Numbered from the stretch's first letter, positions 36,613 through 51,010 are shown. The stretch: DNA of 64,000 bases from Octopus bimaculoides (GCF_001194135.2 NC_069004.1:1143761-1207760), one strand, 5' to 3'. Numbers and translations are program-made. The notes: generated from the sequence alone by a model not told the origin.

Positions 36613-37548
36613 CAGAGAGAGAGAGAAAGAGACAGAGAGAGAGAGAAAGAGAGAGAGGAGAGAGAAAGACTGATAGTTAGATAGTTAGACATATAACTAG
36701 ACAGATTGACTGTTTTATAGATATAGATTGACAGAGAAATTGCCAGACAGACAGATACATAGCTGTCTAGCTATGTATATAGCTAGACAGATAGATAGAC
36801 AGACTGGGGGATGAATATAGAGGTACAGCAAGATTGACAAAGAGACAGACCGACCGAATGACAGATAGAACGAGAGATAGACAGGCAGGAAAACAGATAG
36901 GAGAGAGTGAGAGAGAGATAAACAGATATACAGATATACTGATGAATAACTAGCAAACGAGAATGAGAGATAAACAGATAGATGTACACGATGAGCAAAT
37001 GACTCATGTCTAAACCCAGGATAAATGAACTGGTATTGAGTTTTACTGGCATTATTATCCGGTTACCAAAACGATGGGTGACTCATTATTCTCTGCAAGC
37101 AATCATAAACTTCTTCTGCAGATAGCTATACTGGGACAATATCTTAGTTGGCAGCAAAGATATTGATCTATCACAGTGAGTGGCGGCTGATGAAAATAGA
37201 AATGGGAGCCGGCTTCCTCTTTTATTGTACAGGAATTCTTTAAATAAATACATTCTGTCATTTGCATATTGTACTTTAATGTGTGTNNNNNNNNNNNNNN
37301 NNNNNNNNNNGAAGAAGCATGACAGATTTTGGGGGTAATTTTAATGTAGATTGTAGAGGGTGTATTTATTAGGGAGTGATAAAACTGAGGTGAGTTTGGA
37401 GATGTGTATATAGCAATGGCATGTGAACATAAAACTGCATAAGGGTGTGTGTATATATGTATGTGTGTGTGTGTGTGTGTACATGTATATATATGTGCAT
37501 GTGTGTATGTATGACTATATATAGACACACACATGCATACTACACATG

Positions 37549-37580
<32 letters not shown>

Positions 37581-38317
37581 TACATACACGTTATATTGTA
37601 TCATCCTTACATCTGCTTTTCCATGTCAGCATGTGTTGGATGGAACCCTAAAGGGCAGTATTTCACATTCACAACCAGGTGCCTCTCTTGAAGCCAACCT
37701 CTTTAGTTGCTTCTTATGCAGAGATATGATGTACTTGGTCTAAAAACCTGTCCCCCTCCTCTGCCACACTGTGTGTGTATGCACACATTCACACACAGCA
37801 CTGTACATGTACACAGGCACACAAATGCATCACCACCGTCACAACTAGTATTTTACATCCGCTTTTCCACATGGCCATGGTTGGATGGTTTTGTTGAGCT
37901 GTTTCATAGCCGGACACTGCTTTTTGTTGCCAATGTTTTTAGTCACTTCTTAGAACAAGCAGGAAGGAATGCAGTATCTATTCTAAACTAACTACACACA
38001 TATACACACTCATACCATGCACACACACACACACACCCACAGATATATTCTGTCAACCAAATCCACTGACAAGGCTTTGGTCAACCCAAGGATGTAGAAG
38101 ACACTTACTCAAGGTGCCAAGCAGCAGGACTGAACCCAGAACCATGTGGTTGGGAAGCAAATTTCTTACCACACAGCCACACCTGCACCAATTGCTAAGA
38201 GTGTAGTTTTATTTAAAAGAACCAAGTCTGCTGGTGTCCATTCCACTCTCTGAGTCTTTCCCCTGACTCTCCCGTTCTTGACCGAATGAAACATTCATGA
38301 TGTGACAACTGGGTGGA

Positions 38318-38417
<100 letters not shown>

Positions 38418-38729
38418 ATGTGAGGCAGCACCAGTACTCATGAGATACTCATTGTCCAGCTGAGTAAACTGAAGTATTGTGAAATGAAATGTACTACTCA
38501 AAGACCCAATGTGCCATCCAGTCTAGGGATTGAACCCACAATGTTACAATCATAAACTTAGCATCCTGACCACTAGACCATCATACACTTACATTACACA
38601 AACAAACAAACAAATGAAGGAAGGATTGGTCTTCTGCTGTTATCATTATTAGCTCATCATTCCTCTCGGTGACCGTTGCACTGGACGGTTGCCAATTCAG
38701 GTTTGTCAGGAGTTGATGTTATCATAAAT

Positions 38730-39120
38730 CTTTATCCTTTTGGCACAAAGCCAGCAATAGTGAGAGGAGGATCGGGTCTGTTACATTGACCCCCAGTGCT
38801 TGGTTAGTGCTTTACTTCAGTGACCTTGAAAGGATGAGAGGTAAAGTCAATCTCAACAGAATCTGAACTTGGGACGTAAAAACTAAAGCATTTTATCCAA
38901 CACTCTTACAAATTCTGCCAACTTGCCAGTGTTGTTCCAGAAATTGGTACAATGCCAGCAGTTTTAGCGAGATGAGGGTTAGTTGATTCAACCGACCCCA
39001 GTCCTTGACTGGTCCTCTATTTTATTGACCTCCAAAATGGACGAAAGGCAAAGCTGACCTCAGCAGAATTCGAACTCCAAAATGTAAAGAACCAGGAAAA
39101 TTGCCACAAAGCATTTTGTC
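38730..39120 (-). mobile_element. Two tandem family B SINEs
   Basis: gaccttgaaaggatgagaggtaaagtcaatctc and tattgacctccaaaatggacgaaaggcaaagctgacctcagcagaattcgaactc. Confidence 0.7.
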
Positions 39121-39979
39121 TGACATGTGATTGGATTTGGCAGACGGAAACTGAAAGAAGCCCTTTGTGCTTTGTGTGTGTGTGTATGTGTACTCTTGTC
39201 CTGATATCACATGATGGTCATAAACACTATCATCATATCAGTGATGTTGCTTGTTGCCAGTCTTCTGTGGAAAAACATGTTCGGGCACGAGGAAATATTA
39301 CTTTGCTTGAAAACAGGTGAGGGTTCACACCTGGAAGAGCATCCAGCCCTAGAAAGATGGCTTCAACAAATTCTGTCTGATCTATGCAAGAAAGGAAAAA
39401 TGGATTATGTAGGTGATGATGATGATGATGATAAGGATATACACGCTGTTACATGCTGCCATGCATACTGTACATATTGTTATGCAATTATATACACCGT
39501 GTTTTTTTTTTTCAGGCATTAAAATACAACAATATAAGAACAAAAATAAAAACACTTTTCGTTTTTTGTTTGTTGTTGTTGTTTTACAGGTTCCCTCATT
39601 AACAGAATTTCAGTTTAGGGTGTGTTCCCGTTTAGATTCCTATTAACAGTTTCTCGCTCTCCCTCTCCCTCCGTGTATTATCTTACATAGGATACTTATG
39701 TCGGGTGGCTGAGTTGTTCGGCGAATTTAACACAAGAATGAAGCTTGAATAAAATATGTAGACAGAAGAAGAAGAAGTATCAGAAAGTAACCCCTAATTT
39801 CACAAAACAGGGGGGAAAAAAAATAAAAATAAAATAAAATAAATGGTAAATTCTTTCTTGTTCTTTGGGAGTTTTTTCTTTCAGGTTTGTTGAGTGAGAA
39901 GAAATATTTCTCTCTCGTAGACATTATCATCATAAAAAAAAAATATAAAAAATAAAGAAATATATATTAGTTCCTTCTT

Positions 39980-39993
39980 GTTGCTATAGAAAC
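39980..39993. promoter_or_regulatory. RFX X-box match GTTGCTATAGAAAC
   Basis: Strict match to GTTNCYATRGNAAC in unique sequence. Confidence 0.45.
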
Positions 39994-42673
39994 TGTGTGG
40001 GAATAATGTTGAAATATCTTCCGATGCTAGGATAGTCCATTTCTCATCCTCCAACAACATAACGGTATACAACATGTTCTACAGGCAATGTTTACACTTA
40101 TATATATATATATATGTATATACACACACATTTACATACATACATACACACATGCTTACATATACACACACATGTGTATGTATGCATGTGTGTGTGTGTA
40201 TGTATATATATGTGTGTATGTGTGAGTATATATATATATGTCCATGTGTGTACATGTATGTGTGTGTGTATGTATATATACATGTGTGTGTGTATATGTG
40301 TGTGTGTATATGTGTGTGTGTATATGTGTGTGCGTATATATATATACATGTGTGTGTGAATATATACATATGTATGTCATATAAGTGTATGTGTGTGTAC
40401 AGGGACACACACTCATGCATGCATTACTGTTTTATCCAGCAGTAACAAATACCATTTCACAGAAGTTCCAATCTACCCCAAAGACAGAACGAAAGAAAAA
40501 ACGTAATTTTACCAGAAAAAAAAAAAAAATTCTTTGATTCCTTGCAAACCATCATGGATTCCCTCATAAAACATTAACAGATGGTTAAACCATCATTTAA
40601 TATCTCGTTACACTAAATCTTACTAATTATTCCCATTATTTACTTTGTCACACTGTCAGAAGGTTGTTTATAATGGTCCACAGATCTCTCACTTGTTTCA
40701 ATCACTGGACTTTGGTCACGGTCATGCTGGAGCACCACCTGGAAGGGTCAAGTGGAACAAACTGACCCCAGGACTTTTCAGACTTTTTCTTTGAAAGTCT
40801 GGTACTTATTCTGTTGATTTCTTTTGTTGAACTGCTAAGTTACAAGGATGTAAACAAACCAACACTGGCTGCTGAGTGGTGGGAGGAGGAAGAAACACAG
40901 ACATACATTCATTATCTTTCATTATTATCATCGTTTTAATGTTCACTCTTCCATGCTGGCATGGGTTGGACAGAATTTGTTGAGGTGAATTTTCTATGAC
41001 TGAATGCTCTTCCTGCTGCCAACCTTCAGCTGTTTCTAACCAGATATGTTCTTCACGGAAGATTGGAAATGAAGGAACACCACTTATATGACAGTGACAC
41101 TTGTTTACAACAACCATGTGAAGTCAAAACACAGAGAAAATAACATACATATATACATATAGACACACACACAAACATATATATAAAACGAGCTTCCATA
41201 CAGTTTCCAACTACTCAATTCAGTTACATGGCACTGGTATCAGCACAAGGCCATAACAGAAGACAGTTGTCCAAGATGCCACAAGAGTGAACTGAACCCA
41301 GACCCACCTGGTTACCAAGCAAACTTCTTAACCAAACAACCACACCAAGCACCTCTAAACACAGCCACAACTGCACCCATTCTAACCGTTTCCTCACAGA
41401 CTATTTAGAATCTATTTTTGTTTCTCTGAGACATAAAAATGTTGTTCATTGCAAAGTAGTTCTTAATAAGTCTGTTCAATTGTTTTTCCACATGAACTTG
41501 ATTCTCATAACCTGCGTTCCTTCTGAGAAATTCCTATTAACTTTTAGTTACAGAGATTCTTCAAAGCAACTGTTCCATGGCTGACTGCATTTCTTAACAC
41601 TAAACCAGTGGACCAAGAAACAATGAGTAAGATTTCATTGAGAAAGTCTTTTGTTTTAGTTGAATGACAAAATACAACACTGCTTCCAGTCGATTTTGAA
41701 CTCATCAAATTTGCTTTTAGATGTCCTGACAACATAATCATTCTGTCACACGACAGCATTTAAAAAAAAAAACTTTTACCGTTCATCTTTTACTTTTGTA
41801 GTTGTTGAGCTGCGACCATGCTGGGGCATGAAAGGTTTTAGTTGAACAAATCAATCTTACTACTTAATTTTAAACCTTATATTTATTCAGTTTCTTATGT
41901 CAGACTGCTAAGTCATGAAGATGTAAACAGATCAACACTAATTGTTAAGTAATGGTGGGAGGATCAAATAGACACAAAGACAGACACACGCATGCATATA
42001 TATAGCATACACATGCACACAAACATAATGGGCTTCCCCTTGTTTACCTTTTTCCAATGAATTTGTCTTTCATCCTTTTAAGGGTTGGTAAAATAAGTAC
42101 AACTCAAGTATTGGGGTTGATGTAATCAACTCCCTAAGCCCTATATACTATGAACTCTTTATCATTATTGTTAACCCATATTTTACTTTGTTTTATGTTC
42201 AAACTGGCCAGATCCAGCCTTTCACATCTAACCTACAATGTCGTTCTAAAAATAATCACATTATCAAAATCTTGAAATCACAAGATAATGCAAAACTGGC
42301 CCTTGCAGGATTTGAACTCTGAATGTTAAGAGCTGGAACATATAAGCACTTTGTCCAACATCTTAACAGTTCTCCCACCTTAATGTCCCATTGTATTTCC
42401 CAATAACACACAAAACTCTCCACTTCCTGTCTTACATAGATTGTATGTGAGAAGACATTATTGCCATGTGGTTCGTTTCTCCTGTGAAAGTTCTCATGTT
42501 TTGGAGAATATTTCAAAATCTAACAACAGATCTTCAACACATGTGTGACACAACAGGGGAAGACACAAATAGAAGGAGGGCAGGGCAAGGCATCAAACAC
42601 ACACACACACATTTACTGTTATACAGATATGTATTCAAGACTGCACTTTATACTCTGGCATGAACTTTCGGAG

Positions 42674-42715
<42 letters not shown>

Positions 42716-45236
42716 TAGCTGTCTTGTCCTGTCCTGTCCTCCTTCCAAGACATCATTTTGCACAGTTTAGGGGTGGGAGGGAGTCCTCCGTCTTAATCTC
42801 ACATATACCCCTGCTTGCCAGCAAAAGGGGAGGAGGTTGCCAACTCTACCCACCCACCATTCCTTTCTCTTAAAAATTACTTGTAACAATACTATATACA
42901 CACAACCTATTCCTTTCACAAAGGTGGAGGTGGTGATGGTGGTAGTAGTAGTAGTAGCAAATGGTGATGATGAGGATGGTGGTAGCAGTGGATGTGGTGG
43001 GGGCTAATAGTGCTCATGGCAATAGTAGTAGTTTGTTTATAGTTGAGTTTGTAGCAGTAATAGTGGTGGTGGTGGTGTTAGTAGTAGTAGTCATTTGACC
43101 TGCTAAAAATCACAGCCTCTACATAGTCATTCAACTTGCTAGATAAAGCAGCTAAATCTCCCTCAAATCATACTTCATTTGCATAATGAGCCAATGTGGG
43201 AGCTCCTATGTAGTCATTCAATCTGCTAGACATAAGAGGTCATATCTCCCTCAGATCACATGTTACTGTCCTAAATAAATTATACAATATTACAACACTC
43301 TACAGTCTCAGAATTGGGACACTTTAGTCATAGAGCTAACAACAGATCTTCAACACATGTGTGAATAGGTGGTCATAACTAGGATCCCTTTGAGCACAGG
43401 ACTACCTTACCAGGGGTTAAATAATCATTTCTAACATATGAACAAGGCCTGAAATTTTCAGGGAGTGGGCTAGTCAATTACATTAACCCCATTGCTTAAC
43501 AGGTCCTTATTTCAGTGGCCCCGAAATGATGAAAGACAAAATGAACCTCAGTGGAATTTGAATTCAGAATGTAAAAATGGACAAAATGCCAACCAGGGGT
43601 TAAATAATAGCAACAATAACAACAACTCATTTGTATTCTGTAGAGCAAGTGTTTGAAGAGAAATTTGGCAAAGTGGAACAAACAATGGTAGAGCAATGGA
43701 CGAAATGCTTTGCAGCATTACTTTTGATCCAAAGAGTCCGAAGAGAAGGGTAATATCCAGGACCCTTTTCCAGGGCCTCCATAATTGGTGGAAAGAAAGG
43801 AGGATATTATCCTCAGACTGAAAGAAGCTAAATGTCTAAAAAGACAAAAAATTCATATTCTGTTTCCAACACTGCTGTTTTGGCTTCTTTGTAAAAGCAG
43901 CTTGAAGCTTAATAGCTCAGTCTATTTGGCTGTAAATGGGTGTCTATTTGGCTGTTATTGGTAGTCATGGTAATTCATATGGAAATTGTGTGTTCCTCCA
44001 TCAGAGGAACAGTCCATCTTCTTAGGTCGTACACATAACACATTAACCATCACGTGCATCACCAGTAGTTCATTGCAAACTTCACACCACTGGTGCTGCA
44101 TTTTCATAATTTGAGAAAATAATATAGTCTGTATCTCTGACATGGTTTTTCAATGGTTTTCATTGTTTATGACATTAAGATGAACTCTAAGGAAGATTTT
44201 GCTACTGTTTCTAGCAAATCAAAGCACCATATAGAGACTTCATTGACATCTCACTGAAATTGAGTTATTTTAGCCCCAGGCACTCCAATTGTGACCATCC
44301 AATCTTTACTCTAAATGCAAGAAGCCTAGAACCACATTATACAGCATATAGAAAGGAGACTGTGATTTGGGGATGATTTAACTGCTTTTTCTAGCAGATC
44401 GAACGACCACATAGAAGCACCCTTTGTTGAGTTATTGGAAATTTCGTTGATGTTTAATGTTAGGTGTTGCTTAAAATTTATTTCATTATTTTTAAAAATA
44501 TCCCTTTAATTACTGAGATAATGGTTTATAACAATAACATTTTATATTTTGAGAAATCAGAAAATACCGGGAAGGGGGGGGGGGGTTCTTAAATTAATTT
44601 TGTAGCAAAATGTTGAAAATGGAAATCAAAGGATTAGAAAAGACTTGGAAGAAATGACTTTACAGACCAGAGAATCCCTAGAAACATGGTTTCATCTGTT
44701 GGTGTTGGAAGGGAGATAATTCAGTCCACACAGCAATTCAGCTGGGAACTTTATATTAGAAACGAAGACAAAACAGTTATTTTATATGTTTCTACCATAA
44801 GTATATGTAAAATCGCTTGCAATACTGCGATGAGGAAACACAGAAGTGATTTTGCTTCTTATAGGGTGCCGTATGAACATGACTATTTAACAAATTTTAT
44901 TAATCTTCTTAGATATATAATATAAAACTGTTTTAATTTTCAATCTTTGTTTTGAAAAGATGCAAACTTAAATAATAAAAGATATAAATTTGTAAGATTC
45001 TTGATGGGAATTGGTGTGTTGAAACAAATTTTGTTGTCTCTTGGGAGGGTCATCAAGCCAATTATAATAAACACATGCACTGGTTTGACATCACTTCTTT
45101 ATTGTGAATCAATTGGTTAGCTAGTTGGTTAGGTATTTAACCAATTGACTAAAAATAAAGAAATGATATTGAACCAGTGTGTGTGTGAATTGTTATAGGC
45201 AGAATAACCCACCCAAAACAAGATATAATCATGCAA

Positions 45237-45271
45237 CTAACCCTAACCCTAACCCTAACCCTAACCCTAAC
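45237..45271 (-). repeat. Interstitial telomeric-type (TTAGGG)n, ~6 units
   Basis: ctaaccctaaccctaaccctaaccctaaccctaac; a shorter 3-unit copy at 54011-54029. Confidence 0.9.
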
Positions 45272-46004
45272 ATTTTTTCAAAATAATTTTGGGGAGTTGG
45301 GATTGTCTTAATTTTATCTTTGTGATATTATCATCAGATTGGTAAAGATGGCACAGGTGGTAATGCAGAGAGAAATAAATTAATTTTGTTGATTAATGAC
45401 CGAGTTCAAATCCTGCCAGTCCAGTCAGCTTCGGGACTGCATTTTACAGGAAATATTTACAATGTTCAGTTCAATAGACTACACACTTCTCTTTGTATGG
45501 ATATAAATCATATTATGCAATAAAAATTTATACAGGGTCAAGGGCCCACTAAGTGACTGGGGTACACTAAAAGCTAATTAGCATGGTGGGAAGAGAGAAT
45601 GACAAGATTATGACTCCAATACGATGTCTCACAACTCAGGTGAAGTCCATGTGCCAAACAGGTACAATAATTGGGAAGGAAAAAATTTTTTTAAAAATTA
45701 AGGGGAAAGTTATGTCCCTTGATCATCGATGCTAAGCTCTTCGTAGTTACCTCCCTTTCAAATTCAAAGATTTTTGGGGGTTTTTTTACCTCCTGAAAAT
45801 AAAGGTGTTTATCGTTGTCAAGGAGTTAATTGCCTGCAAAAAAAAAAAAAAGAAGAAGCTAAAATGACCCCCAACTATATGTGAATACACACACACAAAC
45901 ACTTTGCTAGTGTATAAAGGCCATTTGGATAAAAAGGCTTTGTCAATTGTTAACCTAATGAACAGAGTTTTGTATGACTGAGAACATTGTCTACAAATGT
46001 CAGA

Positions 46005-46180
<176 letters not shown>

Positions 46181-46324
46181 GGCGGTGAGCTGGCAGAATC
46201 GTTAGCATGTCGGGGGAAATGCTTAGCAGTATTTCACCTGTCACTGCATTCTGAGTTCAAATTCCACCGAGGTCAACTATGCCTTTCATCCTTTTGGGGT
46301 TGATAAATTAAGTACCAGTGAAAC
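46181..46324 (+). mobile_element. SINE family B, well preserved head
   Basis: GGCGGTGAGCTGGCAGAATCGTTAG (A-box-like) ... GAGTTCAAATTCC (B box) ... gcctttcatccttttggggttgataaattaagtaccagt; another good copy at 49055-49265. Confidence 0.85.
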
Positions 46325-46571
46325 AAACTTGAGGCCTCCTGCCTCCAGTAGAAAGGATTATTATTATCATTATTATTATTATTATTATTATGGTGGTGAA
46401 TATGCAGAATTGTTAGTGTTAGAAAAAATGCCTTGTGGTAATTGTTCTGGCTCATTTATAAGCTTAATTCTTTCAAAATTAACTTTTCCTTTCATTCTTC
46501 TGTGTTTGATAAAATAAAGTGCCAAACAGAGGGGTACCAAAACAACCATAATTGGTCATTACAGATGTGCT

Positions 46572-46609
<38 letters not shown>

Positions 46610-46959
46610 TCCTGTTATTTGGATTACATACATACATACACATATATATGTATGTATGTATGTATACTTTATTTGTGTATTAAGGCTACCGTTGGTTTTA
46701 TGATAACCCTTAGGTTGTTACACTGTAGAAGTGGTTTTAGTGAGAAACTGTGGTTAAATGAAACAATAACCTGAAAGACACCACAGCCTTCGGCTTTCTT
46801 TGAGCCAAACAGGTTCATGGTTGGTAGGAAGAGACAAGCTTCATGAACTTACTAATCATATTGAACCTGTATGTTATCAAAAGAAAAAAAGAACCCCCCC
46901 CCCCAAGTAATTAAGTTTGACAGATGCCCCTGACTCCAGCAGAGTGCAGATGACTGTTG

Positions 46960-47270
46960 AGGCTAACTGGAGTGAAACGGGACAGATGTGATGGACTCCT
47001 GTGGAGGAAGGAAACCGGTGGAGGCAAAGGGCATATTGAAACTTAACTAATTGAACATTATATCCAGGGTGAGGCTGACAGATGTGCTGGACTCTTGGTA
47101 GGGAGAAACGGGTGTAGAATGGCATACAATGATGGCTGTTGATGTAACAGGGAGAAGTGAAGTTTCCATTTAAATGAACTTGATAACATTGCTGTATAAA
47201 CAGTAAGAAAAGACTCCCTGTTGTCGATGTTAGAGATTGGCAGGCATTGAAGGTCAACAGAATTACCAAT
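46960..47270 (-). mobile_element. CR1/L2-group LINE 3' remnant
   Basis: Frameshifted minus-strand translation ...SLFLLFIQQCY...FYTRFS...ALCLHRFPSS resembles the SLSLFYRYY...TRFS...LP..FPSS C-terminus of invertebrate CR1-group elements. Confidence 0.45.
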
Positions 47271-48541
47271 ATGTAATATAGAATTGTTATAGCAATATAT
47301 AATTATATGGAATATTATACAGTAATACATCATAGTATAGAGTATTATACACCAATATATTGTTATATAAAAATGTTATACAGCAATATATCATATAATA
47401 TGGAACAGTTATACAACAATAGATAATCATCATCATCATCATCGTTTAACGTCCGCTTTCCATGCTAGCATGGGTTGGACGATTTGACTGAGGACTGGTG
47501 AAACCGGATGGCAACACCAGGCTCCAGTCTGATTTGGCAGAGTTTCTACAGCTGGATGCCCTTCCTAACGCCAACCACTCAGAGAGTGTAGTGGGTGCTT
47601 TTACGTGTCACCCGCACGAAAACGGCCACGCTCGAAATGGTGTCTTTTATGTGCCNNNNNNNNNNNNNNNNNNNNNNNNNNNNNNNNNNNNNNNNNNNNN
47701 NNNNNNNNNNNNNNNNNNNNNNNNNNNNNNNNNNNNNNNNNNNNNNNNNNNNNNNNNNNNNNNNNNNNNNNNNNNNNNNNNNNNNNNNNNNNNNNNNNNN
47801 NNNNNNNNNNNNNNNNNNNNNNNNNNNNNNNNNNNNNNNNNNNNNNNNNNNNNNNNNNNNNNNNNNNNNNNNNNNNNNNNNNNNNNNNNNNNNNNNNNNN
47901 NNNNNNNNNNNNNNNNNNNNNNNNNNNNNNNNNNNNNNNNNNNNNNNNNNNNNNNNNNNNNNNNNNNNNNNNNNNNNNNNNNNNNNNNNNNNNNNNNNNN
48001 NNNNNNNNNNNNNNNNNNNNNNNNNNNNNNNNNNNNNNNNNNNNNNNNNNNNNNNNNNNNNNNNNNNNNNNNNNNNNNNNNNNNNNNNNNNNNNNNNNNN
48101 NNNNNNNNNNNNNNNNNNNNNNNNNNNNNNNNNNNNNNNNNNNNNNNNNNNNNNNNNNNNNNNNNNNNNNNNNNNNNNNNNNNNNNNNNNNNNNNNNNNN
48201 NNNNNNNNNNNNNNNNNNNNNNNNNNNNNNNNNNNNNNNNNNNNNNNNNNNNNNNNNNNNNNNNNNNNNNNNNNNNNNNNNNNNNNNNNNNNNNNNNNNN
48301 NNNNNNNNNNNNNNNNNNNNNNNNNNNNNNNNNNNNNNNNNNNNNNNNNNNNNNNNNNNNNNNNNNNNNNNNNNNNNNNNNNNNNNNNNNNNNNNNNNNN
48401 CCCCCCCGATGGCCTTGTGCCTATATAAGAATGCATTTCGTACATTTGTGCAAATTAGTCAAAATCTTGCAATCCTAACGATGTACATAGATTTATAATG
48501 CTTTGCCTTAAATTTACATTTTAAGAATATTAAAATAAATG

Positions 48542-48572
<31 letters not shown>

Positions 48573-50068
48573 AGTCATACAAAGGCACTCATTATCATTT
48601 ATGCACAGCAATATAGAAATGATTGTGACATCTTGTAAGAGTAAATAATGAATAACCTACATTTGACATCTCTCGAATAATACTTTCTCTAATAATTTCA
48701 GTGTTTCTAAAAATAGAAGACATCTATGAGAGCGAGCGACAGTGTGACATGAATATCATTTAAGAAAAAGGATGACCTCGAAAAGATTTTCCCACAGAAT
48801 TAGAAGGGTAGAGGAGATAAAAAAGAAAGAAAAAAAAAGAAAAAAGAAAAAAAGAAAAACGAAAAGTGCATTAGCTCGTTGGTTATAAGTTACTTTATAA
48901 TCATAAAAATATGTTAAATATTATTTGCTGCTTATAACATGAATAAATAGAGAGTGTATCATCATCATCCTGTCCTATCACAACCATTGAACCAGTGTTA
49001 GTTTGTTTATGTCCATGTAACTTGATTTGGTAAGAGAAACAGAATATAAGGTGGTGAGATGGCAGAAACGTTAGCATACTGGGCAAAATGCTCAGCGGTA
49101 TTTCATCTGTCTTTACGTTCTGAGTTCAAATTCCAGAGGTCCTTTCGGGGTCGATTAAATAAGTACCAGTTATGCACTGGGGTCGATGTAATCGACTTAA
49201 TCCGTTTGTCTGTCCTTGTTTGTCCCCTCTGTGTTTAGCCCCTTGTGGGCAGTAAAGAAATAAGAGAGAGACATAGAATAAATACAAGAATTTTAAAAAA
49301 GAACAGAGCTGTTTAATTAATAAGCCGACAAGGTGGTGCCCCAGCATGGTCGGAGTCCAGAAACAAAATAAAATATATGTACTTGTGTGTCTTTGCACCT
49401 GTCTCACCCCCACCGTCACCAATATTTGACAACCAGTGTTGGTTCGTTTATGTCGTCACAGCTTCGCAGTTTGGCAAAAGAAAACTGCTAGAATAAGTAT
49501 TAGGCTTAAAAGAATATGTTCTGGGGTTGATCTGTTCAACTAAACCCTTCAAGGCTGTGCCCCAGCATGGCCACAGTTCAATGACTGAAACAAGCAAACG
49601 ATTAAAAGATAAAGAGATAAAGATTATGTCACATTGAGATTTGAGGTGTCATGTGACACTTCATGGGAATGAATCTGTTGAGGGAGAGGGAGGAGAGAGA
49701 GGGGGAGAGGGGAGCGAGAAGACGCGAATGGAATAAGGTTAGATGGGAGTGAAGAATGAAGATTTAATGAGAAACATGTTAAGGAATGAGAGAGAGAGAG
49801 AGAGAGGGATAGAGAGAGAGGGGGAGGGAGAGAGAGAGAGAGAAATAGTTGATGGAGAGAAGAGATATGGGTTGACATGAGAGTGATCGAGAATGTATGT
49901 GTGTGTGTGTGCATGCATCTATGTATGGGTATATCTAATGTGTGTGCTTGCGTGTGGTGTGTGTGTGTACATTATTCATACATGAGGGTGATTGAGAATG
50001 TGTGTGTTGTGTGTGTCTGCTTGTATATGAATAATGTGTATGTCTGTATCTGGGCATGAGTGTACATC

Positions 50069-50099
<31 letters not shown>

Positions 50100-50574
50100 A
50101 CATACACATGCATGTGAATGTACATATGTGTATGTGTCTACATACATCACCAGTGTGTATGAATGTATTGTCTGTGTGCATGCATGTGTATGTACATTGT
50201 GTGTGTGTATGTGTGTGTGTGTGTATGTGTGTGTGTGTGTATGTGTGTGTNNNNNNNNNNTGTGTATGTGTGTGTGTGTGTATGTGTGTGTGTGTGTATG
50301 TGTGTGTGTGTGTACCCATTATCTAAGTGTGTGTGTGTGTGCATTCATGTGAAGCGATCATGCATACATAAATAAATGGATTTCGGTCAGTTCCAACAAA
50401 TGATTAATTCCAACTTTTCAATCAACAACAAAACTGTTGACTCATTGGACTAGTATGTATATGGCTGTGTATTCCACAGACTCCTGTACCCACGCATCTT
50501 TAATATAACTCTCAGAGACAATCAGCATGATACAACATTTGACTGCATTCTTGAATTACAAGAGCAATCCACAG

Positions 50575-51010
50575 GACAGGCTTCCACACAGTTTCCATCA
50601 ACCAAATCCCCGCACAAGGCTTTGCTTGGCCTGAGGTTATAGCAGAAGATATTTGCCTAAGGTAGCATGCTTCTCAACCACATGGTTCTGAATTCAGTCC
50701 CACTGCGTGGCACCTTGGGAAAGTGTCTTCTACTATAGCCTCAAGATGACCAGAGCCTTGTGAGTGGATTTGGTAGATGGAAACTGAATGAAGTCCACTG
50801 CATGTTTGTGTGCATGTCCCATTACCGTTTGACAACCGGTGTTGGTTTGTTTATGTCCCCATGACTTAGCAGTTCAGCAAGAGGCCAATAGAATAAGTAC
50901 CGGACTTACAAAAAAGAAAAAAGTACTGGAGTCGATTCATTTGACTAAAAATTCTTCAAGGAGGTGCCCCAGCATGGCCGCAGTCTAAAGACAGAAACAA
51001 GTAAAAGATA
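50575..51010. mobile_element. Head-to-head family A SINEs (- 50575-50665, + 50666-51010)
   Basis: cagtttccatcaaccaaatcc...tgaggttatagcagaaga versus tcttctactatagcctca...ggatttggtagatggaaactg. Confidence 0.8.

Noticed and set aside
39990-40064. Plus phase 0-0 exon KLCGNNVEISSDARIVHFSSSNNIT
   Set aside because: Donor GTATAC is weak, no recognisable domain, and the acceptor overlaps the X-box; unresolved
40074-40445. YI/CV/HT-repeat ORFs, also at 9397-9761, 17414-17824, 49877-50375 and 55723-56030
   Set aside because: Translations of (TA)/(CA)/(TG) microsatellites
41400-41760. Fragmentary protein-like frames on the minus strand
   Set aside because: Multiple stops and no motif I could assign; possibly a decayed transposon
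46181-46270. tRNA genes suggested by A/B boxes
   Set aside because: All are SINE heads continuing into SINE bodies; no cloverleaf with a T-run terminator was found
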